From assembly GCA_965277805.1 (NCBI GenBank), contig OZ255842.1, positions 4,832,001-4,896,000 of the forward strand: 64,000 nt of DNA, in the 5' to 3' direction. The position numbers were made by a program, and so were the translations under genes. Within the stretch, counting starts at the first letter, position 1, and each line of letters opens with the position of its first letter. Positions 50,428 through 61,206 of the stretch are shown here, one piece after another. The notes below the pieces were generated by a model that was given only the letters and a program-made list of their open reading frames with translations, was not told where the DNA came from and ran no database searches. The stretch comes from Candidatus Lustribacter sp. Lineage in GTDB: Bacteria > Vulcanimicrobiota > Vulcanimicrobiia > Vulcanimicrobiales > Vulcanimicrobiaceae.

Positions 50428-50480
50428 GTTCGTGAGCGTAGTTGTTACAAACGGCAATTTCCTAATGCGAGCATATCCAC

Positions 50481-51386
50481 TTGACGACAGTGAATGAAAA
50501 TAAGAAGGGTCTCCGGTGGCGCAAGACGGCCAACGCCATACTGACCGCGGCTGGTGTCAAACAGTCTTCCTTGGCCGCGGAGATCGGCGAAAAGGCGGGC
50601 TACGTCAATCGGTATTTGACGGGGAGGCGGATGCCGTCGCTACACGATGTGGAGCGTATCAATCGCGCGATCGCGCAACTCTCAGGCCTCGATAGAGTCG
50701 TCGACCTTCTCGAATTCGAAGCCCTCGCTAGCGGACTGCTCCCGGCGCGGGCTCTCACCGCCGAGGAGTTGGCCCGGGGCGCCAACCGCATTCTTTCGTG
50801 GTACCAGAGCTTTCTCAAACCGGGAACCACGAAGCGCATTATGGGGATCGCAGACACATTCGGTGAGTCGGCACGGCGCAGGCTCTTTATCCGCCTCAAT
50901 CTTGCGCTCCGGAGTATCGTGCTGGGGCAACTTCTGCCTTCCGAGCGCCCTGTCGGGCTCAGCGCGGTCATCGAGGCGCTCATCTCGAGCGGCATCCCGC
51001 TCGACGGAATCGAATCCGAACAAAGCACAAAGCTGCTCGCCTGGGAGCGCTTCGAATGTGTCGTGAACCACGAGATAGCCGCCGCCAATCCGGGTGCTTC
51101 GGCGCGTGAGCGCCTCGCCGCAGCTGGGCGCATTCGCGATGCCATCGATGGCATCGCGCTCGCTGCCGTCAATGTGAAGCCGGACTTCTCGGGACCGGCA
51201 GCTTTGATGGAGGTTACTAAGCCGGCGAGCGGCGCGCGCGAAAGCACGTTTCATGACGGCGCCCGCGCCGTGTGGGCACCATTTCAGCCGAAAGCACGGC
51301 ACTTCTTGAGCAATATTAACGTGCCGACTGCCGAGCCCATTGCAGGCCGTCCTTCGTCGCCGTCACGCCGCCGAGGCTCGCGGTGA
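50481..51386 (+). CDS. XRE-family repressor
   Basis: KQSSLAAEIGEKAGYVNRYLTGRRMP; divergent from xis. Confidence 0.75.
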   Translation: MTTVNENKKGLRWRKTANAILTAAGVKQSSLAAEIGEKAGYVNRYLTGRRMPSLHDVERINRAIAQLSGLDRVVDLLEFEALASGLLPARALTAEELARGANRILSWYQSFLKPGTTKRIMGIADTFGESARRRLFIRLNLALRSIVLGQLLPSERPVGLSAVIEALISSGIPLDGIESEQSTKLLAWERFECVVNHEIAAANPGASARERLAAAGRIRDAIDGIALAAVNVKPDFSGPAALMEVTKPASGARESTFHDGARAVWAPFQPKARHFLSNINVPTAEPIAGRPSSPSRRRGSR

Positions 51387-52791
51387 GCGAGGCCATGAGC
51401 TCGCGTTTCACTTCGTACTCCGCGCGATCGTAGAGAGGCCAGAAGTTCGAGAGGAGCCGCTTCGCTTGGTCGAAGTTGCGCCCTTTCGAATCCGTCGCGT
51501 CAACGCGCGCGCGGAGTTCCGCGAGCCGTGCGCGATCAGCTTCGGCCTTGTTGGCAAGGCGTCTTAGCTGGCGCTCGAGGTCCGCAGCCGCGTAGCTGCC
51601 GCCGATCGCGAGATCCCAAACGCGAGCCCGCGCGGCTTCGACCGTTGCGGGCGCAGTGGAGCGCTCAAGCGTTGCAATCTCACGACGAACCGCCTTCGCG
51701 TCATCGGTAGGGCGTTCACCGGCAACCCAGCGCTTCAGTAGATTTTCGTCGGCCGTAAGCATTCCGATCTGCTCGCGAAACCAGCCCTCCATCCGCTCGG
51801 CATTAATTGCCACGAGGCAAACGCGGCATTGATAGTACCGAATCCGCTTTGCGTCATATACGACCATTTTTCCGGACGCAAGCTTCTTGCGAATCACTCC
51901 CGAGCTCGAGTGTCCGCTAAATGCGCGGCCGCAACCCGCGCAGCGTACGGCGCCGGAAAGCGGATATTCCGACATGCGGGTTTGACGCCATCGCGGTTTA
52001 CCCGCGATGAGCGCTTGCACGCGGTCGAACAATTCTGGCTTCACGATCGTCCCGCGATAGCGACGCTGTACGAGTAATTTCTTCATCCGGTTTGATTCCC
52101 AGACGTGCTCGCGGCTGCGATAGATCGGCTTTCCATCGCTACCTAGCCGCGGCGTACGCACGACGTGAGGCGGCGCCCCTTCCGCAAAGCGGATCCCGAT
52201 CGTCTTGAACCCAACGCCGGCGGCATACCACTCGAAGGCTTTGCGGACCCACTCCGCACTCTTGGGCGCGGGGGCGTCGCGCTCGCTGTCGAGCTGCAGC
52301 CCGTACGGCACCTTATTCGATGTCGGCTTGCCCTCACGTCGACGGCGTTCCCACGATGCGCGGGCGCGATTACTGCGAGCCTCGTTCTCGGCTTCGCCGC
52401 CCATCGCCTGACCAGCGAGCGCGGCGCGCTGCGCGAACGTCTCGGCTTTGATAACGCCAGCGTCGCGGACGAATAGTTCGACCTTCATACCCTTGAGCGC
52501 ACGCGCGACGACGAGCGTGTCGGTCATGTCGCGTGAGAGCCTGTCCAATGAAGTCACAGCAAGCTGCTGCGGTCGCTTAGCGGCCGGCAGCTCTTGCAAC
52601 GCGGCGATCATGCGTTGAAATTCAGGCCGGCCGATCGTCGTCTTGGCCGAGGCGCGCTCTTTGAAGATCGTGATGGCCTGGTCGGCTGCTGCCGCGTGCT
52701 TCCTAGCCCATCGCTCTTGTTCATCGAGCGAGAGTTCTTGCTCGCCCTTCGTCGTGCTGACGCGACAGTAGGCCCAGATTCCGTGCGGCAT
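51316..52791 (-). CDS. Large serine recombinase (integrase)
   Basis: YCRVST, SLDRLSR, PYG, Zn ribbon CAGCG...YYQC, coiled coil. Confidence 0.95.
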   Translation of the reverse strand: MPHGIWAYCRVSTTKGEQELSLDEQERWARKHAAAADQAITIFKERASAKTTIGRPEFQRMIAALQELPAAKRPQQLAVTSLDRLSRDMTDTLVVARALKGMKVELFVRDAGVIKAETFAQRAALAGQAMGGEAENEARSNRARASWERRRREGKPTSNKVPYGLQLDSERDAPAPKSAEWVRKAFEWYAAGVGFKTIGIRFAEGAPPHVVRTPRLGSDGKPIYRSREHVWESNRMKKLLVQRRYRGTIVKPELFDRVQALIAGKPRWRQTRMSEYPLSGAVRCAGCGRAFSGHSSSGVIRKKLASGKMVVYDAKRIRYYQCRVCLVAINAERMEGWFREQIGMLTADENLLKRWVAGERPTDDAKAVRREIATLERSTAPATVEAARARVWDLAIGGSYAAADLERQLRRLANKAEADRARLAELRARVDATDSKGRNFDQAKRLLSNFWPLYDRAEYEVKRELMASLTASLGGVTATKDGLQWARQSAR

Positions 52792-52809
52792 GGTCGATAT
52801 GTGTTGACT

Positions 52810-54525
52810 CTATGCGTAATTTCCTTTATGCTCGCCGTGGGGATGTGTAAGGAGCATCAAGTCGATCTGGTGGACGCCGGTGCGGCGCAGGTAGCCGAGC
52901 ACGATTCGTGTGCCGGCGCGTTCGGCGTTGGAGGTGGGGCCGGAACGTTCGAGTTCGCCGCCGGTGTCGATGAGGATAACGTGGTCGTGCGGGGTGCGGA
53001 TGACGGCAGCATCGGCCTGCCCGACGTCGAGGTGCGTGATCTCGAGGCCGTGCGGGAAATGCATGAGGGCGGGGAGCGCGACGATGACGCAAGCGCTTGC
53101 AAATGTGCCGGCGGCGAGAGTCGCGCGGCCGTGCCGTAACGCGACGGCGGCGGCGATCGCCATGACGTCGTAGGCCACGATCGCGGTAATGGGTGGAGTC
53201 GCCAGCGTCGCGCGCGCGCCGGGGAACGCTGCAATCGTGCGGACGATCGTCTCCGCCGTAAGCAACAACAATGTTTCGAGTGGCGCGAGCGGCGGCAGCA
53301 CGAGCGTCGCGATTCCGACGATGAGGATCACAGCGACGAGCGGTACGACGATCGCGTTAGCGAGAATTGCGAACGGCGCGAGCGTGGAGAAGACGGCGGC
53401 GGTCAGCGGCCAGGTACCGATCTGCGTCGCGCAGGTTAGTGCCAGTGCTTCCCGCACGCGCTCGTGCAGGGGTAGTGCCTCGAGAGCGCGCGCGATCGGT
53501 TCGGCGAAGAGCACGATGGCGGCGACGCACGAGAACGACAGCGCAAACGATGCGCTGCCGGCCGCCGCCGGCCACAAAAAGGCGACGACCAATCCCGCCA
53601 GGGCCAGAGCATTCCACGATGTCACCCGCGCGCCGCACGCGCGTGCCAGCAAGGCGACACCGATCATGGCCGCCGCGCGCTCCGACGGCAGATGCGCGCC
53701 CGTAAACCACGCATACGCGACGATCAGCACCAGCGCAATAGCGCACGCCGCGATGCGGTGCAATCCCAGTAGGGCCAGCAAAAACGCGACGAGGCCCGCG
53801 ACGATCCCTAAGTGCAAACCCGCGGTAACGAGCACGTGCACCGTGCCGGTGGCTTGGAAGGCGTCGTGGAGGTCGTCGGGCAGCGTGCCGCGCTCGCCCC
53901 ACAGCGCGCCGGCCAGAATCGTGGCCGACGGTTCGGGGATGCTCTCGCGTACCCGGTGCGAAGCGGCGGCGCGCAAACGCGCGGCCCACGCGCGCACGTC
54001 GTGCGCGTCCGGAGACGCACGCCCAAGCAAATGCACGCTCGCCAGCCGTCCGGCAAATCCATCGTCGCGTTCGATTTCGCGCATCGACGGTTCGCCCGGA
54101 TTACGCGGCTCATCGAACGGTTCGAGACGGCCGCGCACGACGATGCGTTCGCCCGGCATCACACGCTCGCGTAACGTCGCGCGCACCGTTCCGACGCCGT
54201 CGATTGCAAGCGCGGTGCTTGATAGGCCGCTGTCCTCTTCCTCGCGGACATCGCCGATGACGGTCGCGACGTAACGGGCGGTGGCGCGTTCGCTCGTGAG
54301 CGTCGTGGGATGTCCACGGAGTGCCGAAATTCCGGCACCCGCCGCACACGCGAGCGCCACGGCAACGATGGTAATCCGCAGCCGGCTGCCGCGGCCACAA
54401 TAAACCCACGAGGCCGTGCAAGCAAGCCCGACGGCCGTGCACGCCGCACCGGCCCACCCATGCTGCTCGGCGACGATCGCGAGGAGCGCGGCAATGGCGG
54501 GAACGAGCAGAGGAGCACGGCGCAC
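52810..54525 (-). pseudogene. comEC: comEC 5' part (competence domain and start of MBL domain)
   Basis: PRNPGE, TGTVHVLVTAGLH, LDVGQADA, LIDTGG, LTHPH then premature stop. Confidence 0.95.
52832..52842. other. Right attachment junction
   Basis: TCGCCGTGGGG. Confidence 0.9.
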
Positions 54526-54605
54526 GCGAATCTTTCACGCTTTTTACCAATGTAAACAAGCGAGCGGGATGGGAACGACCGGCGGGGGCGAAGCGTTTGT
54601 CCTTC

Positions 54606-55571
54606 ATGCGCATCGTGGTTACCGGCGGCGCCGGCTTTATCGGATCGCATCTTGTCGACGCATTTATTGCTGCCGGCAACGATGTCGTGGTGATCGACAA
54701 TTTGTGGGCGCACGGTGGTGGGCGCCGCGAGAATCTGCATCCGCGCGCGTCGTTCGTCCACATGGACATCCGCGACGAAGCCGTAAAACGCATTTTCCAC
54801 GAAGTCAAACCCGACGTCGTGGTGCATCACGCCGCGCAGCACAGCGTTGCGATCGGTGCGCGCGATCCGCAATTCGACGCCAATGTTAACATCGTCGGTT
54901 TTCTCAACGTGCTCGATGCTGCGGTCGCTGCCGGCACGCGCAAGGTGATCTTCGCCTCGAGTGCGGCCACCTACGGCGACGTTAGCCAGCTGCCGGTCGA
55001 TGAGAGCACGCTGCAGCGCCCCGTTTCGCCGTACGGTATCTCGAAGATGGTGTCCGAACACTATCTGCGCTTCTATCAGTCCGAACACGGCCTCGATTAC
55101 ACGAGCCTGCGTTACGGCAACGTCTACGGGCCTCGCCAGGATCCCAACGGCGAAGCCGGCGTGATCGCGATCTTCTGCGCGAAGTTTCTCGCCGGTGAAG
55201 GCGTGCGTCTCGACTGGGACGGCGAACAGTCACGCGACTACGTCTATGTGGGCGATGTCGTGCGCGCCAACGTCGCGGCCCTCACCAAGGGCTCGGGTGA
55301 AACCTACGTCATCGGCACCGGCAAAAAGACGACCGTGAATCAGGTCTACAAGGCGCTGGCTGCGGCCACCGGCTTCGAAGCGCCGATCACCCGGGCGCCG
55401 CGCCGGCCGGGTGATGCCCGCGAGATCTACTTCAACCCGGCGAAAGCCGCGCGTGAACTCGGCTGGAAGGCCGAGGTCGAGTTGAAGGCCGGGATGGCGG
55501 AGACTGTCGCCTACTTCCGCGAGCGCAGCGCGACTGCGCCCGCTCCCGCCTCCGCCTCCGCCTCGGTCTAG
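54606..55571 (+). CDS. UDP-glucose 4-epimerase-like NAD-dependent epimerase
   Basis: TGGAGFIGSH, YGISK, RYGNVYGPRQ. Confidence 0.9.
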   Translation: MRIVVTGGAGFIGSHLVDAFIAAGNDVVVIDNLWAHGGGRRENLHPRASFVHMDIRDEAVKRIFHEVKPDVVVHHAAQHSVAIGARDPQFDANVNIVGFLNVLDAAVAAGTRKVIFASSAATYGDVSQLPVDESTLQRPVSPYGISKMVSEHYLRFYQSEHGLDYTSLRYGNVYGPRQDPNGEAGVIAIFCAKFLAGEGVRLDWDGEQSRDYVYVGDVVRANVAALTKGSGETYVIGTGKKTTVNQVYKALAAATGFEAPITRAPRRPGDAREIYFNPAKAARELGWKAEVELKAGMAETVAYFRERSATAPAPASASASV

Positions 55572-56527
55572 ATGCGGTGTAGGAGCGGCTCGTTACGCAG
55601 GTAGCGGCCGAGGTTCTCCACCACGGTCGCGACGATGCGGCTGCCCGTCCGCGTTCCGCCCGCGCCGGCAACGTGCGGCGAGATGAGCAGGTTCGGCGTC
55701 GTCCAGAGCGGGTCGCCGTCGGGTAGCGGTTCCGGCTCGGTGACGTCGATCGCGGCACCGCCGAGCTGACCGTTTTCGAGCGCCGCACGCAGCGCTGCTG
55801 AATCGACCGTATCGCCGCGCGTGACGTTAATGAACAGTGCGCCTTTCTTGCAGGCCGCAAATGCAGCCGCATTCATGAGGTAGTGCGTTTCCGGTACGGA
55901 GGCGACGCACAGCACGATGGCGTCGGCGCGTGCGAGCACCGCGTGCAGTTCGGTGAGGGGGTGCATTTCATCGGCGAACGGCTCATCCTGCGGCGCACGC
56001 GCGAGCCCCAGGATTTGCATGTCGAACGCCTTTGCACGGCGCGCTACGTTTCGCCCGATGTTGCCGAAACCGACCACCGCCAGCGTGCGTCCTTCGAGCG
56101 CCATGATGGGCGGCGTGAACTTCGGGTCCCACGTTCCGCGCTTCGAGCGCTCATAGGTGGGCCCGATTTGGCGTGCCATGCCGAGCAGCAGCGCCATCGC
56201 GTGTTCGGCGACCGTTGGAGCGACGGCACCGCCTTGGTTCGTGATGACGATCGACGATGGAATGCCTTGCGAAACGATGCCGTCAACGCCGGCGGAAACG
56301 CACTGAATCCAGCGTACGGCGTTGTTTGGGCCGCGCAAGGCTTCGCCCAGCACCTTGCCTTCCGCGCCGCGCGGATCCGAAATCACGAGCACGTCGTTGC
56401 AATCGACGAGCGGCGCGATCTCCGTGAGGTCGCCGGCTTCCGTGAAGGCGATCTCCGGCATGGTGCTGAGGCGGTTCCGCACCTCTTCGCGGGCGATCCG
56501 GCCGCCGAAGGCAACGCGCAGACTCAT
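55568..56527 (-). CDS. D-2-hydroxyacid dehydrogenase
   Basis: VAEHA, GFGNIG, INVTRG, DVTEPEP, SPHVAG. Confidence 0.9.
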   Translation of the reverse strand: MSLRVAFGGRIAREEVRNRLSTMPEIAFTEAGDLTEIAPLVDCNDVLVISDPRGAEGKVLGEALRGPNNAVRWIQCVSAGVDGIVSQGIPSSIVITNQGGAVAPTVAEHAMALLLGMARQIGPTYERSKRGTWDPKFTPPIMALEGRTLAVVGFGNIGRNVARRAKAFDMQILGLARAPQDEPFADEMHPLTELHAVLARADAIVLCVASVPETHYLMNAAAFAACKKGALFINVTRGDTVDSAALRAALENGQLGGAAIDVTEPEPLPDGDPLWTTPNLLISPHVAGAGGTRTGSRIVATVVENLGRYLRNEPLLHRI

Positions 56528-57309
56528 GGACTTCCTTTCGTTGACGATGTGAACGTGGCGGGCAGCATGCCCGCGGCAAACAGTGTCTGCGCATACGGAT
56601 GCTGCGGTGTGCGGGCCAGCGTTGCGGCCGGTCCGGTCTCGACGATCTTGCCGTGATACATCACGGCGATCCGGTCGCACATGCGCGCTACCAGCGGCAG
56701 ATCGTGGGAGATCAGTAAGTACGAAAGACCGAAGCGTTCTTGCAAATCGAGCAGCAGGTTGAGAATCTGCGCGCGAATCGAGACGTCGAGCGCAGAGACG
56801 GGTTCGTCGAGCACCAGCAGCTTCGGTAGCAAGATCAGGGCGCGCGCGATCGCGATCCGCTGGCGCTGGCCGCCGCTGAACTCGTGCGGGAAACGTTCGC
56901 TCGCATCCGGCCGCAGGCCGACGATCGCGAGCTGCTCGGCGACGCGATCGCGGATCTCGTTCGCGCTGAAGCCGCCGGCGGCGACCAGCGGCTCGGCCAC
57001 GATCGCGCGCACGCGCATGCGCGGGTCGAGCGCGCTGTATGGATTCTGAAACACCGCCTGGACGGCGGAGCGGAACGGGCGCAGCGCCTTCCCGCGCAGC
57101 GCCTGAACCGGCTCGCCATTGTAGAGTATCGTTCCGCCGTCCGGTTCGATGAGCCGCAGCACGAGCTTCGCCGTGGTCGATTTGCCGCTGCCGGACTCGC
57201 CGACGAGGCCGACGGTTTGCCCAGCCTCGACCAGGAGGTCGATTCCATCGACGGCGTGCACGCTGCCGAACGCTTTGCGCAGATCGCGCAGTTCGAGCAG
57301 CGCGCTCAT
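56524..57309 (-). CDS. Opp/Dpp ABC ATPase
   Basis: GESGSGKS, FSGGQRQR, DEPVSALD. Confidence 0.95.
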   Translation of the reverse strand: MSALLELRDLRKAFGSVHAVDGIDLLVEAGQTVGLVGESGSGKSTTAKLVLRLIEPDGGTILYNGEPVQALRGKALRPFRSAVQAVFQNPYSALDPRMRVRAIVAEPLVAAGGFSANEIRDRVAEQLAIVGLRPDASERFPHEFSGGQRQRIAIARALILLPKLLVLDEPVSALDVSIRAQILNLLLDLQERFGLSYLLISHDLPLVARMCDRIAVMYHGKIVETGPAATLARTPQHPYAQTLFAAGMLPATFTSSTKGSP

Positions 57310-58292
57310 GCGGTTGTCCCAGCTTTCCAGCAGCGCGCAACGTGACCCGGCGCGAGCTCGACGTTGGGCGGGACCTCGGCACGGCAGCGATCGTCGGCGA
57401 GCGGGCAGCGCGGTGCGAAACGACAGCCCGGCGGCACGTCGGCCAAATCGGGGGGCTGGCCTTCGATCGTGTTCAAGCGCCCGCGCGTGCCCGGTTCACC
57501 GTAGGCGAGCGCATCGATCAGCGCGCGCGTGTAGGGGTGACCGGGCGACTCGAAGATCTCGCGCGTGGTGCCGCTCTCGACGATCTGTCCGGCATACATC
57601 ACGACGATGCGTTCGCATAGCCGCGCCGCCGCGCCGAAATCGTGCGTGACCAAAATGACCGACATGCCGCGCTCGCGCTTGAGCCCGGCCAGCAGTTCGA
57701 GGAACTGCGCCTGCAGGGTGGGGTCGAGAGCGGTTGTCGGTTCGTCGGCGATGACGAGTTCGGCGTTGCACGAGATCGCGATCGCGCCGACGATCCGCTG
57801 TAGCATGCCGCCGCTCATCTCGTGCGGATGCTGCCGCAGCCGCGCTTCCGGATCCGAAATCCCAACTGCTTCGAGCAGCGCGACGGAGCGCGCACGGACC
57901 TCAGCCGGCGGCAAATCGAGGTGCTCTCGCATCGTCTCGCCCATCTGATCGCCAATCGTAAACAGCGGGTCCAGCGCGACCATCGGGTCCTGGAAGATCA
58001 TCGCGATGCGACCGCCGCGAATCGCGCGCATCGCTTCTTCGGATTCGGTTGCGAGGTCGTTGCCGTCGAAGGTGATCGTTCCGCCGCTAATCCTGCCGCC
58101 CGCCGGCAGCAGCCGCACGATTGATAGGGCGGTCATCGTCTTGCCGCAACCCGACTCACCGATGATTCCGACCGACTCGCCGCGCGCGAGCGTCAGCGAG
58201 ACGCCGTCGACGATGCGAATCGGCGCGCGGCCGGCGGCGCGCGGAACGTCGACGCAAACGTCGCTAAGCACGAGTAGCGGCCCGCTAGACAT
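57306..58292 (-). CDS. Opp/Dpp ABC ATPase
   Basis: [28 protein letters not shown]. Confidence 0.95.
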   Translation of the reverse strand: MSSGPLLVLSDVCVDVPRAAGRAPIRIVDGVSLTLARGESVGIIGESGCGKTMTALSIVRLLPAGGRISGGTITFDGNDLATESEEAMRAIRGGRIAMIFQDPMVALDPLFTIGDQMGETMREHLDLPPAEVRARSVALLEAVGISDPEARLRQHPHEMSGGMLQRIVGAIAISCNAELVIADEPTTALDPTLQAQFLELLAGLKRERGMSVILVTHDFGAAARLCERIVVMYAGQIVESGTTREIFESPGHPYTRALIDALAYGEPGTRGRLNTIEGQPPDLADVPPGCRFAPRCPLADDRCRAEVPPNVELAPGHVARCWKAGTTA

Positions 58293-59202
58293 AGCGTATC
58301 CGCGGATCGATGATGCCGAAGAGCAGATCGACGCCGAGATTGAGGAAGACCACCGCGGTCGAGGTGAGGATCGCCGCCGCTTGGATGAGCGGGTAGTCGC
58401 GCGCGTGAACCGCGTCGACCATCAGGCTGCCGAGTCCCGGCCACGCGAACACGGTCTCGACGATCACCGTGCCGCCGAGCAAAAAGCTTAGCTGGCTGCC
58501 GGCGAGCGCCGTGATCGGCACCAGCGCGTTGCGCAAAGCGTGTTTCCAGATGACCAGCGCGGGCTTGATGCCCTTCGCGCGCAGGTAACGCACGTATTCG
58601 GAACCCATCGCCTCGAGCATCGACGAGCGGGTGATGCGCATCGTGGCGGCCAGCGGATAGAGCGCGAGCGTGATGGCCGGGAGCACCAGCGACAGCACGC
58701 TCGTGCGGCCGCTGCTGGGAAACCAGCCTAGACCGACGGCGAAGATCATGATCGCGACGAGTCCGAGCCAGAAGTTGGGCATCGACTGGCCGAGCGCGGC
58801 GAGCGTGCGCAGTGCAAGATCGAGGCCCGTGCCGCGGTTGATCGCGGCCGCGACGCCGAACGCGATGCCCAGCACTTGCGAGAGCACGAACGCCGCGATG
58901 ACGAGCTCGATCGTCGCCGGCAGGCGTTCGGCCAGCAGCGAGAGCACCGATTGATGGTAGTGGATCGACTGGCCGAAATCGCCGTGCACGAGCGCGCCCA
59001 AGAACACGAAGAACTGCACGTAGATCGGTTTGTCGAGGCCGAGCTGCGCGTGGATGCGCGCGATGTCTTCGGGCGTAGGTGAGTCGCCGGCCAAAAGATA
59101 GGTCGGATCGCCGGTCAGCCTTGCCGCCACGAACACGAACAGCAGCACGCCGAGCAGCGCGACGAGAGCAAGACCGATGCGCGTCCAGATGTAGCGCGCC
59201 AT
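58285..59202 (-). CDS. Opp/Dpp ABC permease (B type)
   Basis: ITRSSM...RAKG...[17 protein letters not shown]. Confidence 0.93.
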   Translation of the reverse strand: MARYIWTRIGLALVALLGVLLFVFVAARLTGDPTYLLAGDSPTPEDIARIHAQLGLDKPIYVQFFVFLGALVHGDFGQSIHYHQSVLSLLAERLPATIELVIAAFVLSQVLGIAFGVAAAINRGTGLDLALRTLAALGQSMPNFWLGLVAIMIFAVGLGWFPSSGRTSVLSLVLPAITLALYPLAATMRITRSSMLEAMGSEYVRYLRAKGIKPALVIWKHALRNALVPITALAGSQLSFLLGGTVIVETVFAWPGLGSLMVDAVHARDYPLIQAAAILTSTAVVFLNLGVDLLFGIIDPRIRYV

Positions 59203-60026
59203 CAGATCTCGATCAAGCGCGGATCGAGCCGATCGCGCAGCCAGTCGCCGAGGATGTTCGCGCCGAGCACGGTGATCGTGATGCAGAGGCCCGGGAACGT
59301 CGGAATCCACCAGTCGCTCGAGACGAGGCCGCGGCCGTCGGCGATCATCAGGCCCCACGCCGCCGCCGGCGCTTGAATGCCTAGACCGATGAACGTAATC
59401 GACGCCTCCACGATCAGCGCCCGGCCGAGCTGCAGCGTCATAAGGATGATCGCGGTCGGCAAGATGTTCGGAAACACGTGCGTCGCCAAGATGCGTAGAT
59501 CGCTGCAGTTCGCCACGCGTGCGAGCGCCACGTAGTCGGCATCGCGCAGCGTCAGTGCTTGGCTGCGCACCACGCGTGCGTAGTCGGCCCAGAAGATCAG
59601 CACGATGCTCACGAGCACGGTCGTGAGGCCGCCGCCGATCGCACCCCCGATGAGCAGCGTCAAGAGGATCGACGGGATCGACATCTTCACGTCGACCAGG
59701 CGCATCACGAGGTTATCGGTCCAACCGCCGAAGTAGCCCGCCGCAAGTCCGGCCGGAATGCCGATCGCCGCCGCCAGCGCGACGCCGCAAAACGAAACGA
59801 TCAGCGCGGGGCGTGCGCCGGCGATCAATTGGCTGAGCACGTCGCGTCCGAACTGATCGGTGCCGAGTAAGAACGCAGCTTCGCCGCCGGGCAGCCACGC
59901 CGGCGGTTTGTGCGGCGCGAGCAAGTTCATGGCAGTCGGATCGTGCGGGTAGAGGAGCGGTCCGAGGATGCCCCACACGAGAACCGGCAGCACCAGCACG
60001 ATTCCGAACCAGGGCAGCCGCCTCAT
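59202..60026 (-). CDS. Opp/Dpp ABC permease (C type)
   Basis: LLGTDQFGRD, HVFPN, WGLMI. Confidence 0.93.
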   Translation of the reverse strand: MRRLPWFGIVLVLPVLVWGILGPLLYPHDPTAMNLLAPHKPPAWLPGGEAAFLLGTDQFGRDVLSQLIAGARPALIVSFCGVALAAAIGIPAGLAAGYFGGWTDNLVMRLVDVKMSIPSILLTLLIGGAIGGGLTTVLVSIVLIFWADYARVVRSQALTLRDADYVALARVANCSDLRILATHVFPNILPTAIILMTLQLGRALIVEASITFIGLGIQAPAAAWGLMIADGRGLVSSDWWIPTFPGLCITITVLGANILGDWLRDRLDPRLIEI

Positions 60027-61198
60027 CGCTTGAGCGGATGCTCCAGCGCGACGGCTTCGTTCAGATCGGCGCCCCAGCCGGGACGGTTCGGCAGCACGTA
60101 CTCGCCGTTTTCGATGACGGCGGGATGCGTCAGCAGCGATTTCCGCCACGGTACTTCGTCGACATCGAGTTCGAGATAACGGAAGTTCGGAATCACCGCG
60201 CAGAACTGCGCGCTGATCAGCGAACCGAGCGGTCCGTGCGAGTTGTGCGCGGCGACGTTGATCTCATAGGCGTCGAGCAGCGCCGCCATGCGCACCGATT
60301 CGTGCAAGCCGTTGAACACCGCATCGACGATGCCCACGTCGACGGCACCCGCTTCGGCAAACGGCCGCAGCTGTCCGATCCCGAACAATGCCTCGAGCGA
60401 CGCAATCGGCGTGGAGGTTGACTTACGGATCAGTGCGAGCGAAGCGGCATCGTATGTATCCATCTCGAGCCACGTCATGTCGAGGTGCTCGACGGCCTTC
60501 GCGATGCGCTTGAACCCCTCGGTCTTGTAATTAAAGTTCAAGTCCATCATCAGGCCGACGCCCGGTCCCGCCCCTTCGTGAAATGCTTCGAGCTGATCGA
60601 CGACCATTGCGACGATCTCGCCGTCGACATTGAAAGCGAATTCGTCGCGTCCGCGCTGCACGAACGGCTTCTGCCCGGTGCCGAGAGCGAGCAGGTTCGT
60701 CTTCAGCGCGCTGTAGCCGCCGCGCGCGACTTCCGCGCCCAAAGCGCGGATGTCGTCGAGCGTCGTCACCGGCGCGACGCCGATCACGTCGCGGAAGATC
60801 TCGGGGTAGCGTGCGCGGTACATCCCGCAGTGCGACCAGTAGACCGGCAAACGCGTGCGCAGCGCACCGCCGAAAAGCTGATAGACCGGTACGCCGAGCG
60901 CTTTCGCGGCGATGTCGATGCAGGCGTTTTCGAACGCGCCGATTGCGAGCGATTGCAGGCCACCGGTCGCGCTTTTTGTGAGTACGCGCAGCTTCATCGT
61001 GAGGCGCGCGAAGTCGCGCGGGTCTTCGCCGATCACGAGCTCCTGCATGTCGGCTACGACGCGCGTCAGGCCGCGCCGCGCACGCGCTTCGCTATACTCC
61101 GACCAGCCGACCAAACCGTCGTCGGTCGTTAGTTTGAGAAAGGACCACGGATCCCAGCCGCCATCGACGTGGAAATGTTCGGCCTTGACGATTTTCAT
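60023..61198 (-). CDS. Mandelate racemase/muconate lactonizing enzyme family protein
   Basis: DIAAKALGVPVYQLFGG, PGWG. Confidence 0.9.
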   Translation of the reverse strand: MKIVKAEHFHVDGGWDPWSFLKLTTDDGLVGWSEYSEARARRGLTRVVADMQELVIGEDPRDFARLTMKLRVLTKSATGGLQSLAIGAFENACIDIAAKALGVPVYQLFGGALRTRLPVYWSHCGMYRARYPEIFRDVIGVAPVTTLDDIRALGAEVARGGYSALKTNLLALGTGQKPFVQRGRDEFAFNVDGEIVAMVVDQLEAFHEGAGPGVGLMMDLNFNYKTEGFKRIAKAVEHLDMTWLEMDTYDAASLALIRKSTSTPIASLEALFGIGQLRPFAEAGAVDVGIVDAVFNGLHESVRMAALLDAYEINVAAHNSHGPLGSLISAQFCAVIPNFRYLELDVDEVPWRKSLLTHPAVIENGEYVLPNRPGWGADLNEAVALEHPLKR

Positions 61199-61206
61199 TG
61201 GCGCCC

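Larger units (their letters stand above)
15570..52838. mobile_element. ~37.3 kb serine-integrase element (phage satellite or reduced prophage) inserted in comEC
   Basis: Core TCGCCGT at 15570-15576 and 52832-52838; integrase abuts right end; replication and terminase genes; cargo appears lower GC by eye. Confidence 0.92.

Noticed and set aside
56528-57382. 604-aa version of the dehydrogenase
   Set aside because: Extension overlaps the ABC ATPase; true start is MSLRV at 56527
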